A stretch of 64,000 bases of DNA from IMGVR_UViG_3300028393_000019:124001-188000, one strand, 5' to 3'; shown: positions 48,495 to 55,479, numbered from the stretch's first letter. A program made the numbers and translations. The notes: a model not told the origin generated them from the sequence alone.

Positions 48495-48841
48495 AAGAAT
48501 TGTTGTACAAGCCTTAAAGTAAGGCATTCTGGACGCGGGTTCGACTCCCGCCAGGTCCACCATAAGCATATTAGGTCGTTGAGTTAAAAAGTCGCATGTG
48601 ATGCGCTCAGACTAAAATAGTATGCTTTTGATGGGCCTGCCATGGTTTCGACAGGGTGAGATAGGATAAAGGTCAACACGTGGGGTCACGTAAAATACAA
48701 ATAAAGTAAATGCAAAAGCAAATACATTCGAGTATTTCCAAGTTCCTGTAACATTAGCTACTGCTAATGATGCAGAATTTGCAATCGCAGCCTAAGAAAC
48801 TGCACTCGCGAGGTAGGACTTACCTTGTCATCAAAACAACC
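48495..48841 (+). ncRNA. ssrA: two-piece (circularly permuted) tmRNA
   Basis: Acceptor piece ends GCGGGTTCGACTCCCGC-CAGGTCC-ACCA (48562); coding piece starts GGGCCTG (48633) giving G3:U70; tag frame ends ANDAEFAIAA-stop (48795); outer ends approximate. Confidence 0.9.
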
Positions 48842-48868
48842 AAAAAGGCACTTTCGAGTGCCTTTTTT
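48842..48868 (+). terminator. intrinsic terminator after tmRNA
   Basis: AAAAAGGCACT-TTCG-AGTGCCTTTTTT. Confidence 0.88.
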
Positions 48869-48869
48869 A

Positions 48870-48898
48870 TTGACCAGTAAACAATTTGCATATATAAT
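48870..48898 (+). promoter_or_regulatory. sigma70-type promoter
   Basis: TTGACC-17-TATAAT. Confidence 0.7.
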
Positions 48899-48944
48899 AG
48901 GGTACTGTGTAAAAACAGTCATTTTAATTAAAAGGAAGTAAAAC

Positions 48945-49397
48945 ATGAAGAAAATTGCAATCGCAACCCTATTGGCCCTAGCGGCCGCAACAGCCAGTGC
49001 TGTAGAAGTTGGCGTCAACGGATCGTACGATTACGGTTCACCAACCCAACGTCCAGGTGCAGGTATCACAATCGGTCAGAAATATGACAAGTTTGGTGTC
49101 ACTGCTGGATTTGATCGTTACTCAAAAGGTACAGATCAAAACAAGTGGACACTGGTTGGTTCATATGATGTGTATTCAGTCGGTGCCGCAACGTTCGCAG
49201 TCAAAGCTGGTGCCGCATATTTGGACAACTATGGTAATGTTGCTGATGGTTATGCTGGTCTAGTTGGCACAGGTGTCAGCTATGCAGTTGCTAAGAATGT
49301 TGCATTGACAGCAGACTATCGCTATCAGTTCGGCCAGTCACGTGTTAACCAATTTGATGGCAACACAATTTCTACAGGCATCAAGGTCTCATTCTAA
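48945..49397 (+). CDS. small outer-membrane beta-barrel protein (OmpA/Ail-like)
   Basis: Signal peptide, alternating beta strands, C-terminal Phe. Confidence 0.8.
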   Translation: MKKIAIATLLALAAATASAVEVGVNGSYDYGSPTQRPGAGITIGQKYDKFGVTAGFDRYSKGTDQNKWTLVGSYDVYSVGAATFAVKAGAAYLDNYGNVADGYAGLVGTGVSYAVAKNVALTADYRYQFGQSRVNQFDGNTISTGIKVSF

Positions 49398-49417
49398 TTT
49401 TTAATTAGAAAAACATC

Positions 49418-49440
49418 AAGGGACCTTAGGGTCCTTTTTT
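49418..49440 (+). terminator. intrinsic terminator
   Basis: AAGGGACC-TTAG-GGTCCTTTTTT. Confidence 0.85.
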
Positions 49441-49487
49441 GTTAATGGAAAATATTGTGGCGATTTTGCCACATTATCACTAGGTTC

Positions 49488-49516
49488 TTGACAAGTGATA
49501 TAAATACATATATAAT
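49488..49516 (+). promoter_or_regulatory. sigma70-type promoter P1 of the tRNA region (TATAAATA within the spacer)
   Basis: TTGACA-17-TATAAT. Confidence 0.8.
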
Positions 49517-49587
49517 AGAAGCTGTGTTAGAGATGCTTCGTTAAAAAAGTTTGTTGTCCAAAAACAACAAAAAGATTTACAAAGTAG

Positions 49588-49616
49588 TTGACAACAACGT
49601 CGAGAGGCGTTATAAT
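49588..49616 (+). promoter_or_regulatory. sigma70-type promoter P2 of the tRNA region
   Basis: TTGACA-17-TATAAT, 100 bp after P1. Confidence 0.85.
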
Positions 49617-49675
49617 TAACACATGAACTAGCAATTCCGCTAGTAAAAACAAAAAGGTTTAAAAGAGAAAACAAA

Positions 49676-49825
49676 ATGCAATCTTGCAATAGACATCATC
49701 AGTTTAATACGATGCCCAAACAGGTAGGCGTTATAGCCTCTTATTGGTCAGCGATTAACGGCGGAAGTCTGTCATTAGATCGTACACCAGAGATTACAAG
49801 GGTCCGGGAGGGCTGGGATGACTAG
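49676..49825 (+). CDS. putative 49-aa attenuator leader peptide containing all 20 amino acids
   Basis: MQSCNRHHQFNTMPKQVGVIASYWSAINGGSLSLDRTPEITRVREGWDD; A-rich initiation region; overlaps the antiterminator strand. Confidence 0.65.
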   Translation: MQSCNRHHQFNTMPKQVGVIASYWSAINGGSLSLDRTPEITRVREGWDD

Positions 49826-49893
49826 GTAACAACTTAGAAACATTTCAAAACTTCAAGGACCCTAGGATTAAAACCCTGGGGTTTTTTGTTTTT
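49799..49893 (+). terminator. attenuator: antiterminator (49799-49805/49857-49863) versus terminator (49857-49866/49875-49884 + U-tract)
   Basis: AGGGTCC is complementary to GGACCCT; GGACCCTAGG pairs with CCTGGGGTTT, followed by TTTGTTTTT. Confidence 0.75.
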
Positions 49894-49905
49894 AGGAAAG
49901 GAAAA

Positions 49906-50082
49906 ATGGAACAGATAGATTACGAAAAATTAAATCAACGCATTGTTGAACAGGCTTATGAAACTGCTTTTGGTCCTACATTGGATAAAGAACAGCTTCA
50001 AAAACTTATTCAAGATAAGTTTGAACGTGCTAGAAAATATCACGAAGCGTTAGCGAAAGCACCGACGTTCAGTGTAAACTAG
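49906..50082 (+). CDS. 58-aa hypothetical protein directly after the attenuator (not in ORF track)
   Basis: AGGAAAGG RBS; MEQIDYEKLNQRIVEQAYETAFG... Confidence 0.6.
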   Translation: MEQIDYEKLNQRIVEQAYETAFGPTLDKEQLQKLIQDKFERARKYHEALAKAPTFSVN

Positions 50083-50088
50083 TACAAC

Positions 50089-50258
50089 GTGTGAAGATAC
50101 CAGTAACGAGGACTGGGCCCTGCACGTAAAACATGGGGCGAACGGGCGGCCTATCGGATGGAACTCCTCTTCTGGAGCTAAAAATGGTAGCGTATCGAAG
50201 CATTCTCGGGCCGATAGAGGCAAGTGGGTTCATCCATGTAGAATGCTTCGATACACAC
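50089..50258 (+). ncRNA. candidate structured RNA
   Basis: Perfect 15-bp stem 50192-50206/50240-50254; CTATCGG 50151 pairs with CCGATAG 50211 inside its loop; further hairpins. Confidence 0.55.
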
Positions 50259-50283
50259 TTTCCAACACTACCTGAAATAGTGC

Positions 50284-50312
50284 TTGACATAGTCAACGGA
50301 GAGTGTTAAAAT
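50284..50312 (+). promoter_or_regulatory. sigma70-type promoter before tRNA-Tyr
   Basis: TTGACA-17-TAAAAT. Confidence 0.6.
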
Positions 50313-50320
50313 TAAAATCT

Positions 50321-50409
50321 GGAAGTGTGCGCTGAATTGGTTGAAGGCAACGGACTGTAAATCCGCCACATAAGAAACATTGTTGGTTCGAATCCAACCA
50401 CTTCCACCA
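50321..50409 (+). tRNA. tRNA-Tyr(GTA)
   Basis: Cloverleaf, long variable arm, encoded CCA. Confidence 0.92.
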
Positions 50410-50414
50410 AATTT

Positions 50415-50489
50415 GGTCCTGTCATATAGTGGTTATTATACCGGCCTGTCTAGTCGGATATCGGGGTTCGATTCCCCGCAGGATCGCCA
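50415..50489 (+). tRNA. tRNA-Asp(GTC)
   Basis: CCGGC-CTGTCTA-GTCGG arm, CCA. Confidence 0.92.
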
Positions 50490-50497
50490 AGTATATT

Positions 50498-50574
50498 CGG
50501 AGTGTAGCGCAGTCTGGTAGCGCACCTGGTTTGGGACCAGGGGGTCCAAGGTTCGAATCCTTGTACTCCGACCA
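50498..50574 (+). tRNA. tRNA-Pro(TGG)
   Basis: CCTGG-TTTGGGA-CCAGG arm, CCA. Confidence 0.95.
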
Positions 50575-50581
50575 ATTTTAT

Positions 50582-50656
50582 GCACGGTTCGTCTATCGGT
50601 TAGGACACTGGCCTTTCACGTCAGTAAGACGGGTTCGATTCCCGTACCGTGTACCA
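50582..50656 (+). tRNA. tRNA-Glu(TTC)
   Basis: CTGGC-CTTTCAC-GTCAG arm, CCA. Confidence 0.93.
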
Positions 50657-50659
50657 AGA

Positions 50660-50841
50660 ACGTTCCGCTTTGTTAGCGGATACTGTGACCCGCAGGATGG
50701 GAAGTGAGGTGACTCTCAAGGGTGGTTCTAGTCTTACCGAACTAGCGTTAGCAACACGATAGCGGTCCCTGTCGGGAAGCGGGTGGAGGGCATGCGTGAT
50801 GGACCTAGTCCTGATGTGCTATAATTACCGCCGAGGGATGT
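50660..50841 (+). ncRNA. candidate structured RNA
   Basis: GC-rich; closing ACGTTCC/GGGATGT; ACCCGC 50688/GCGGGT 50779; several hairpins. Confidence 0.55.
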
Positions 50842-50851
50842 CAGAGCTTTT

Positions 50852-50925
50852 CCTCTTGTAGTTAAATGGTATAACAGTCGGCTGATAACCGGCCATTACA
50901 AGTTCGATTCTTGTCGAGAGGACCA
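50852..50925 (+). tRNA. tRNA-Ile(GAT)
   Basis: GTCGG-CTGATAA-CCGGC arm, CCA. Confidence 0.92.
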
Positions 50926-50953
50926 ATTTTTAACAAAGAACAAAGGAAATGTT

Positions 50954-51331
50954 ATGTCATATAGTGACTGGAATAACTCTGCTAAAATAGCAGACATGGT
51001 AGGTAAAACTTTTACAAGTGTAAAAGCAGATGGCAACGAGTTGGTGTTTGAAAACAGCGTGGATCGTTATGTGTTCTTTCATGCACAAGATTGTTGCGAA
51101 CATGTGCGCATTGAAGACATCGCGGGCGACTTGAGCGACCTAGAAGGTGAACCTTTAGTAATAGCAGACGAAGTTGAAGGTGAAAGCCCAGCTGACTTTG
51201 AAGCATACGAAAGTTACACTTGGACATTTTACAAGTTCGCTACTCGCAAGGGCTATGTGGACGTGAGATGGCTAGGAGAAAGCAACGGGTACTACAGCGA
51301 AAGCGTAAACCTAGGATACGAAACAGTTTAA
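50954..51331 (+). CDS. acidic hypothetical phage protein
   Basis: AAGGA RBS; HAQDCCE ... WTFYK ... SNGYYSE. Confidence 0.8.
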   Translation: MSYSDWNNSAKIADMVGKTFTSVKADGNELVFENSVDRYVFFHAQDCCEHVRIEDIAGDLSDLEGEPLVIADEVEGESPADFEAYESYTWTFYKFATRKGYVDVRWLGESNGYYSESVNLGYETV

Positions 51332-51381
51332 TTTTATAAAAGGAGATCTGTCATGACCAGTGACAAGAGTGATAAGATGAT

Positions 51382-51456
51382 GGGGGTATAACTTAACGGC
51401 TAAAGTAGCGGGCTTTTAACCCGTAAATCAGAGTTCGATTCTCTGTGCCCCTACCA
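51382..51456 (+). tRNA. tRNA-Lys(TTT)
   Basis: GCGGG-CTTTTAA-CCCGT arm, CCA. Confidence 0.92.
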
Positions 51457-51553
51457 TATAAAAACATACTGGATCTTCTAGTGGACTAAGACGCTGGCAA
51501 ATAGGTCGGTGAACGTGGTGTTCAAATCCCACTCTAGTGTGTTTCTATATGGT
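51453..51553 (+). ncRNA. tRNA-like element on a ~20-bp closing stem, lacking CCA
   Basis: D-like arm TCTT..AGTGG..AAGA, T-like arm GTGG-TGTTCAAATC-CCAC, non-canonical anticodon loop. Confidence 0.55.
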
Positions 51554-51631
51554 ATTACTTGTAGATAAATCGAGATTGTTTTTTAATCTCTTTAATCTTT
51601 TTCCTATACTTGAAACGGATGTATAAAGATT

Positions 51632-52435
51632 TTAAAAATGCAAACATTTAATCTTCTCAGCTAGATCTTTGGCTATTAGATCGTGTCCGGATTGCGTAAA
51701 ATGCCATTGGGGCAAGTAGTCAGCATTTGTTATTTCTTCCAAAGATTTAGCAGTTAGTTTAAAGTCATAAAACTCTTTTAACAACTGCTGTTGGATATCA
51801 TTTAACAAGATTGGATCTTTTTCATTCACTATTAGATCGACCTCTTGCCCTTTTAGGTGCGGTTCTTCCAAAGGTTGATTTAACTTAGTAGGCGAGATAC
51901 GTAACAGATAACAGGGTATATTTTTAGAACGAAGTAGTCTTACAGCATATAGCACAGACACATAGTCTTCAACCATCGTAAGCGATTCGTTAAAAAATTC
52001 AAGAAAGAATTCTTGCATGATATTGTTTTGTCTACTATTTAAAAAATGAGTCGGCCAGTTTGGTTGTAGAACTGCACTGTTTACTAGGTTATTTGAATAA
52101 TTCACTAGTAGTCGATTATGAGTAGTCATTTGAATCACTGCTACAGTATCATCGTAGTGGTTTTCAGGAAATTTTAAAATAGCTCGCATAGCTATTTCTT
52201 TATTGGAAATACCTCGTAGGGCAATATTTTCAATCTCTGCATTGAGTAGATTGCCTACCAATGATGGGTAACAATATTGTTTATTATATTCGTTTATTTG
52301 TTCATCGGATGCAGACCTAGTAGCTTTACCAGCTTGAAACACATTCATAGCGGTGTATTGGGGGACGAATTTTTCTTCCCATAGCTCTGTACCAGCGGTA
52401 ATACTGCATCCTGCGAAAACGATTTTTTTAATCAT
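51632..52435 (-). CDS. SGNH-hydrolase-like hypothetical protein inserted antisense in the tRNA array
   Basis: GCSITAG, NIALRGISN, HFTQSGH. Confidence 0.7.
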   Translation of the reverse strand: MIKKIVFAGCSITAGTELWEEKFVPQYTAMNVFQAGKATRSASDEQINEYNKQYCYPSLVGNLLNAEIENIALRGISNKEIAMRAILKFPENHYDDTVAVIQMTTHNRLLVNYSNNLVNSAVLQPNWPTHFLNSRQNNIMQEFFLEFFNESLTMVEDYVSVLYAVRLLRSKNIPCYLLRISPTKLNQPLEEPHLKGQEVDLIVNEKDPILLNDIQQQLLKEFYDFKLTAKSLEEITNADYLPQWHFTQSGHDLIAKDLAEKIKCLHF

Positions 52436-52462
52436 AGTAAAATATTTATTATAATTTTTTAC

Positions 52463-52538
52463 AGTAGAGTAGCATAGCGGCTAATGCACCACCTTCATAC
52501 GGTGTTTATCGTGGGTTCGAGTCCCACCTCTACTACCA
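52463..52538 (+). tRNA. tRNA-Met(CAT) (elongator Met, or Ile2 if lysidine-modified)
   Basis: CACC-TTCATAC-GGTG arm, paired 1-72, CCA. Confidence 0.88.
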
Positions 52539-52542
52539 AATT

Positions 52543-52618
52543 GGAAGTTTAGCTCAGCTGGTAGAGCGTCTGCCTTACACGCAGAATGTCGGCGGTTCGA
52601 TCCCGTCAACTTCCACCA
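52543..52618 (+). tRNA. tRNA-Val(TAC)
   Basis: TCTGC-CTTACAC-GCAGA arm, CCA. Confidence 0.95.
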
Positions 52619-52624
52619 AACTGT

Positions 52625-52698
52625 TGGGGGTTAGTTAAATGGTATAACCGCGGATTTTGATTCCGCTATTAAAGGTTCGATTCCTTTACCCTCTGCCA
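52625..52698 (+). tRNA. tRNA-Gln(TTG)
   Basis: GCGGA-TTTTGAT-TCCGC arm, CCA. Confidence 0.92.
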
Positions 52699-52704
52699 AT
52701 CAAT

Positions 52705-52780
52705 GGTGTCTTTAGTGTAGTGGCCTGCACCCTGCTCTGTGAAAGCGGTAGTACCGGATCGATACCGGTAAGGCACCCCA
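52705..52780 (+). tRNA. tRNA-His(GTG)
   Basis: G-1/C73; CTGCT-CTGTGAA-AGCGG arm, CCA. Confidence 0.92.
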
Positions 52781-52785
52781 AACAT

Positions 52786-52861
52786 GCTACTTTAGCTGAT
52801 GTGGTCATAGCGGCGGTCTGAAGAACCGTTGAACCAGGTTCGATTCCTGGAGGTAGCACCA
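52786..52861 (+). tRNA. tRNA-Phe(GAA)
   Basis: GCGGT-CTGAAGA-ACCGT arm, CCA. Confidence 0.93.
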
Positions 52862-52864
52862 AGT

Positions 52865-53064
52865 TTTGTAAGTGTTAGCAAGAGAAAGTCACGCTGTCTA
52901 GGTTTCTTCGAAGGACCGAAACAGTAGAAGGTGATGGGTTCGACACCCACTAGGTCCATTGAGGCGACTAAACTGGACAAGTATTCCAAGTAACTTATCC
53001 TGACCCTGCCGGCTCAATTACAAGGGAAAATGGTTGCGATGAGAGGGACGCAACAACTTACAAA
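52865..53064 (+). ncRNA. candidate structured RNA (~200 nt)
   Basis: Closing TTTGTAAGT/ACTTACAAA; internal UUCG hairpin and T-loop-like GGGTTCGACACCC. Confidence 0.55.
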
Positions 53065-53126
53065 TTCAACAGACCCCCGCTTTGTCAGGTTGTGCGGTAA
53101 ACAATCTGACACTTACTAAGTAATTG

Positions 53127-53368
53127 TATTAGTAAAAGATTTAAGGTGTGATAGTGTTTCGCAAGAACTTTGAGGATGCCGGAAGCGTTCAAAGAGGATA
53201 GTTATAGACTATAACACTGATTGGCAGATAGAGTTGGGTATTGTTTTCAGCATTGACCCAACAGTCGATCACGCATTCCATGTTAGGCGAGACCAAAAGA
53301 GCAGATCTGAAAAGTCTGGGTCGCCACTGCTAACGCAAAACCAAAACTCTGTGAATCTTTTACTAATA
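53127..53368 (+). ncRNA. candidate structured RNA (~240 nt)
   Basis: Perfect 15-bp closing stem 53127-53141/53354-53368; many internal hairpins with GNRA loops. Confidence 0.6.
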
Positions 53369-53375
53369 TCTTTAT

Positions 53376-53451
53376 GCGGGCGTAGCTCAGTTGGTAGAGC
53401 ATTACCTTGCCAAGGTAAATGTCGAGAGTTCGAACCTCTTCGCCCGCTCCA
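53376..53451 (+). tRNA. tRNA-Gly(GCC)
   Basis: Cloverleaf, U73, CCA. Confidence 0.95.
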
Positions 53452-53505
53452 AATTATGGCTCCTAGACTTGTTCACATAGTGTCCCCTGGGAGTTTTTCT
53501 TTTAT

Positions 53506-53595
53506 GCCCGGGTGGCGAAATTGGTAGACGCACTTCTCTCAAAAGGAAGAAGGAAAAACACCTAGTTGTGAGTTCGAATCTCATCCCGGGCACCA
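53506..53595 (+). tRNA. tRNA-Leu(CAA)
   Basis: CTTCT-CTCAAAA-GGAAG arm, long variable arm, CCA. Confidence 0.9.
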
Positions 53596-53597
53596 AT

Positions 53598-53689
53598 GCC
53601 AGCGAGACTTGACAGTCAGAGAGGTTTTATAAACCTTTTAGCGCCAGATTAGCGTTCTTGAGAGGGTTTGATTCCCTCCGCTGGTACCA
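53598..53689 (+). tRNA. atypical tRNA with TAT anticodon (nominally Ile)
   Basis: GCCAGCG/CGCTGGT-ACCA; GAGGT-TTTATAA-ACCTT arm; short D-arm; long variable arm; TTTGA T-loop. Confidence 0.75.
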
Positions 53690-53690
53690 C

Positions 53691-53764
53691 GCTCTTATAA
53701 TTTAATGGTAGAATGCCTCCTTGGTATGGAGGCAATGATGGTTCGATTCCCTCTAAGAGCACCA
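53691..53764 (+). tRNA. tRNA-Thr(GGT)
   Basis: CCTCC-TTGGTAT-GGAGG arm, CCA. Confidence 0.88.
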
Positions 53765-53769
53765 AACAC

Positions 53770-53844
53770 CTGGCTATAGTACAATGGATAGTACAATGAG
53801 CTTCTACCTCATGAATGTGGGTTCGATTCCTGCTAGCCGGACCA
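53770..53844 (+). tRNA. tRNA-Arg(TCT)
   Basis: ATGAG-CTTCTAC-CTCAT arm, CCA. Confidence 0.92.
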
Positions 53845-53852
53845 ATCAATAT

Positions 53853-53927
53853 CGGCCATTGGTGAAATGGATATCATCTCTGTCTTCGAAACAGAGGGTG
53901 TGGGTTCGATTCCTGCATGGCCGGCCA
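53853..53927 (+). tRNA. tRNA-Arg(TCG)
   Basis: TCTGT-CTTCGAA-ACAGA arm, CCA. Confidence 0.92.
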
Positions 53928-53956
53928 CGATAAGTCAAATATATTTCACAAAGATG

Positions 53957-53985
53957 TTGACACACAGCATCAGATGTTGTATAAT
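53957..53985 (+). promoter_or_regulatory. internal sigma70-type promoter of the tRNA array
   Basis: TTGACA-17-TATAAT. Confidence 0.85.
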
Positions 53986-54012
53986 AGTTGTATACTAGGC
54001 AACTGGTACAAT

Positions 54013-54024
54013 AGTTCTTTAAAA
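54013..54024 (+). promoter_or_regulatory. boxA-like antitermination element
   Basis: AGTTCTTTAAAA resembles rrn boxA TGCTCTTTAACA; lies between the promoter and the next tRNA. Confidence 0.5.
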
Positions 54025-54038
54025 AATTAAAAGCAAAT

Positions 54039-54121
54039 GCCCCGATGGTGGAATTGGTAGACACGCTGGTCTTAGAAGCCAGTGCGCAAGCGTCCGAGTT
54101 CGAGTCTCGGTTGGGGCACCA
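54039..54121 (+). tRNA. tRNA-Leu(TAG)
   Basis: CTGGT-CTTAGAA-GCCAG arm, CCA. Confidence 0.93.
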
Positions 54122-54246
54122 TATAAATGCTTTCTGAGTAGCTACAGTGGAACACCGAAATACCGGTCAATGTCGACCATGTACCGGGACCGGCCATGAA
54201 GAGTGGGGCTACCGTGGATTCAAGCGCCACAGAGAGCACCTATATG
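54120..54246 (+). ncRNA. candidate structured RNA
   Basis: Closing CATATA..TGCTTTCTG/CAGAGAGCA..TATATG; T-loop-like GTGG-ATTCAAGCG-CCAC. Confidence 0.5.
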
Positions 54247-54311
54247 ATCGAGTCTTGGACACGCAGACTTTAAAACGAGGTGGAAGTAGGTGGAAGCCCT
54301 ACACCTAATAT

Positions 54312-54385
54312 CGCGGGATAGAGTAACGGTAATTCAGAAGTCTCATAAGCTTCAGATCTTGGTTCGATTCCAGGTCCCGCTACCA
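54312..54385 (+). tRNA. initiator-like tRNA-Met(CAT)
   Basis: C1 mismatched with position 72; CTCATAA loop; lacks the three G-C anticodon-stem pairs. Confidence 0.85.
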
Positions 54386-54391
54386 AATAGA

Positions 54392-54481
54392 GGAAATGTG
54401 GCAGAGTCCGGTTTATTGCAACAGTCTTGAAAACTGTCGAGTCGAAAGGCTCCGTGAGTTCGAATCTCACCGTTTCCGCCA
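54392..54481 (+). tRNA. tRNA-Ser(TGA)
   Basis: Long variable arm, G73, CCA. Confidence 0.93.
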
Positions 54482-54487
54482 AGTTGA

Positions 54488-54561
54488 GTCTCATTAGTAT
54501 AATGGCAGTATAGCGGTCTCCAAAACCGTTGGTCGGGGTTCGAGTCCCTGGTGGGACGCCA
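54488..54561 (+). tRNA. tRNA-Trp(CCA)
   Basis: GCGGT-CTCCAAA-ACCGT arm, CCA. Confidence 0.92.
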
Positions 54562-54571
54562 AATGTCAATT

Positions 54572-54655
54572 GCGAGAGTGGAGAAATGGTATACTCAAGA
54601 GACTTAAAATCTCTCGTCGAAAGGCATGCGGGTTCGAGTCCCGCTTCTCGCACCA
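54572..54655 (+). tRNA. tRNA-Leu(TAA)
   Basis: AGAGA-CTTAAAA-TCTCT arm, CCA. Confidence 0.93.
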
Positions 54656-54674
54656 TTCATAAAGGAGATGTAGT

Positions 54675-54818
54675 ATGTCAAAAAGAGAAGATGTTCTAAA
54701 CAAGGCATACGGCAACGTGCCTCGTGAAATTGGATTTAGCATAGTATGGGATTTCCTGCCAACTTGGCGCGGTGTGCGATACTACTGGCATAAATTAATA
54801 CGTAAGATAACAAGATAA
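54675..54818 (+). CDS. 47-aa hypothetical protein (not in ORF track)
   Basis: AAGGAG RBS; MSKREDVLNKAYGNVPREIG... Confidence 0.6.
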   Translation: MSKREDVLNKAYGNVPREIGFSIVWDFLPTWRGVRYYWHKLIRKITR

Positions 54819-54824
54819 GCAAAA

Positions 54825-54912
54825 GGATAGTTGGCCGAGTGGTTAAGGCAACGGTTTGCTAAACCGTCGTTCCGAAAGGGGCGCATAGGTTCGAATCCTA
54901 TACTATCCGCCA
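54825..54912 (+). tRNA. tRNA-Ser(GCT)
   Basis: Long variable arm, G73, CCA. Confidence 0.93.
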
Positions 54913-54959
54913 GTACATAGGAGATATACTCTCCGCCATTTTTTAAAAAGAGAAAAACT

Positions 54960-55181
54960 ATGATGAAACCAGGCAAGACGTTCAATTTGAACAAACAAAC
55001 CAAACGCTTTATGGCCACGTTTGTGAACGCAGAAGATCGTAATCATTTCAAACGCATGATGATCGATGCACAACTGTGCAGTGAAGTTGTTATCAAGAGT
55101 GCACCGCGTGACAAGAATGCACCGCGTGGTACTGCCAACTATCAAACTAACGATACAGGTACAGCAAGTACCGCAGTATAA
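54960..55181 (+). CDS. hypothetical protein
   Basis: 73-aa ORF between tRNAs. Confidence 0.65.
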   Translation: MMKPGKTFNLNKQTKRFMATFVNAEDRNHFKRMMIDAQLCSEVVIKSAPRDKNAPRGTANYQTNDTGTASTAV

Positions 55182-55190
55182 AAGCATTAT

Positions 55191-55266
55191 TCCGCAGTAG
55201 CTCAGTCGGTAGAGTAGATGACTGTTAATCATTTGGTCGGTGGTTCGAGCCCACCCTGTGGAGCCA
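55191..55266 (+). tRNA. tRNA-Asn(GTT)
   Basis: Cloverleaf, CTGTTAA loop, CCA. Confidence 0.95.
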
Positions 55267-55271
55267 GGATT

Positions 55272-55347
55272 GGGGGATTAGCTCATTTGGGAGAGCACCT
55301 GCTTTGCAAGCAGGGGGTGGTCGGTTCGATCCCGACATCCTCCACCA
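55272..55347 (+). tRNA. tRNA-Ala(TGC)
   Basis: G3:U70, TTTGCAA loop, CCA. Confidence 0.95.
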
Positions 55348-55399
55348 AGATCACCATTACACACGGTGTACAATAGGATAAGTAGTGTGTAACAAATTT

Positions 55400-55475
55400 G
55401 CCGGTTTAGCTCATTTGGTAGAGCGCCGCTCTTGTAAGGCGGATGTGGTCAGTTCGATTCCGACAACCGGCACCA
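55400..55475 (+). tRNA. tRNA-Thr(TGT)
   Basis: CCGCT-CTTGTAA-GGCGG arm, CCA. Confidence 0.94.
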
Positions 55476-55479
55476 AGTT

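Noticed and set aside
52865-53064. RNase P RNA (GAGAAAGTC resembles conserved region I)
   Set aside because: No matching 3' P4 strand was found, and GTCAC pairs locally instead.
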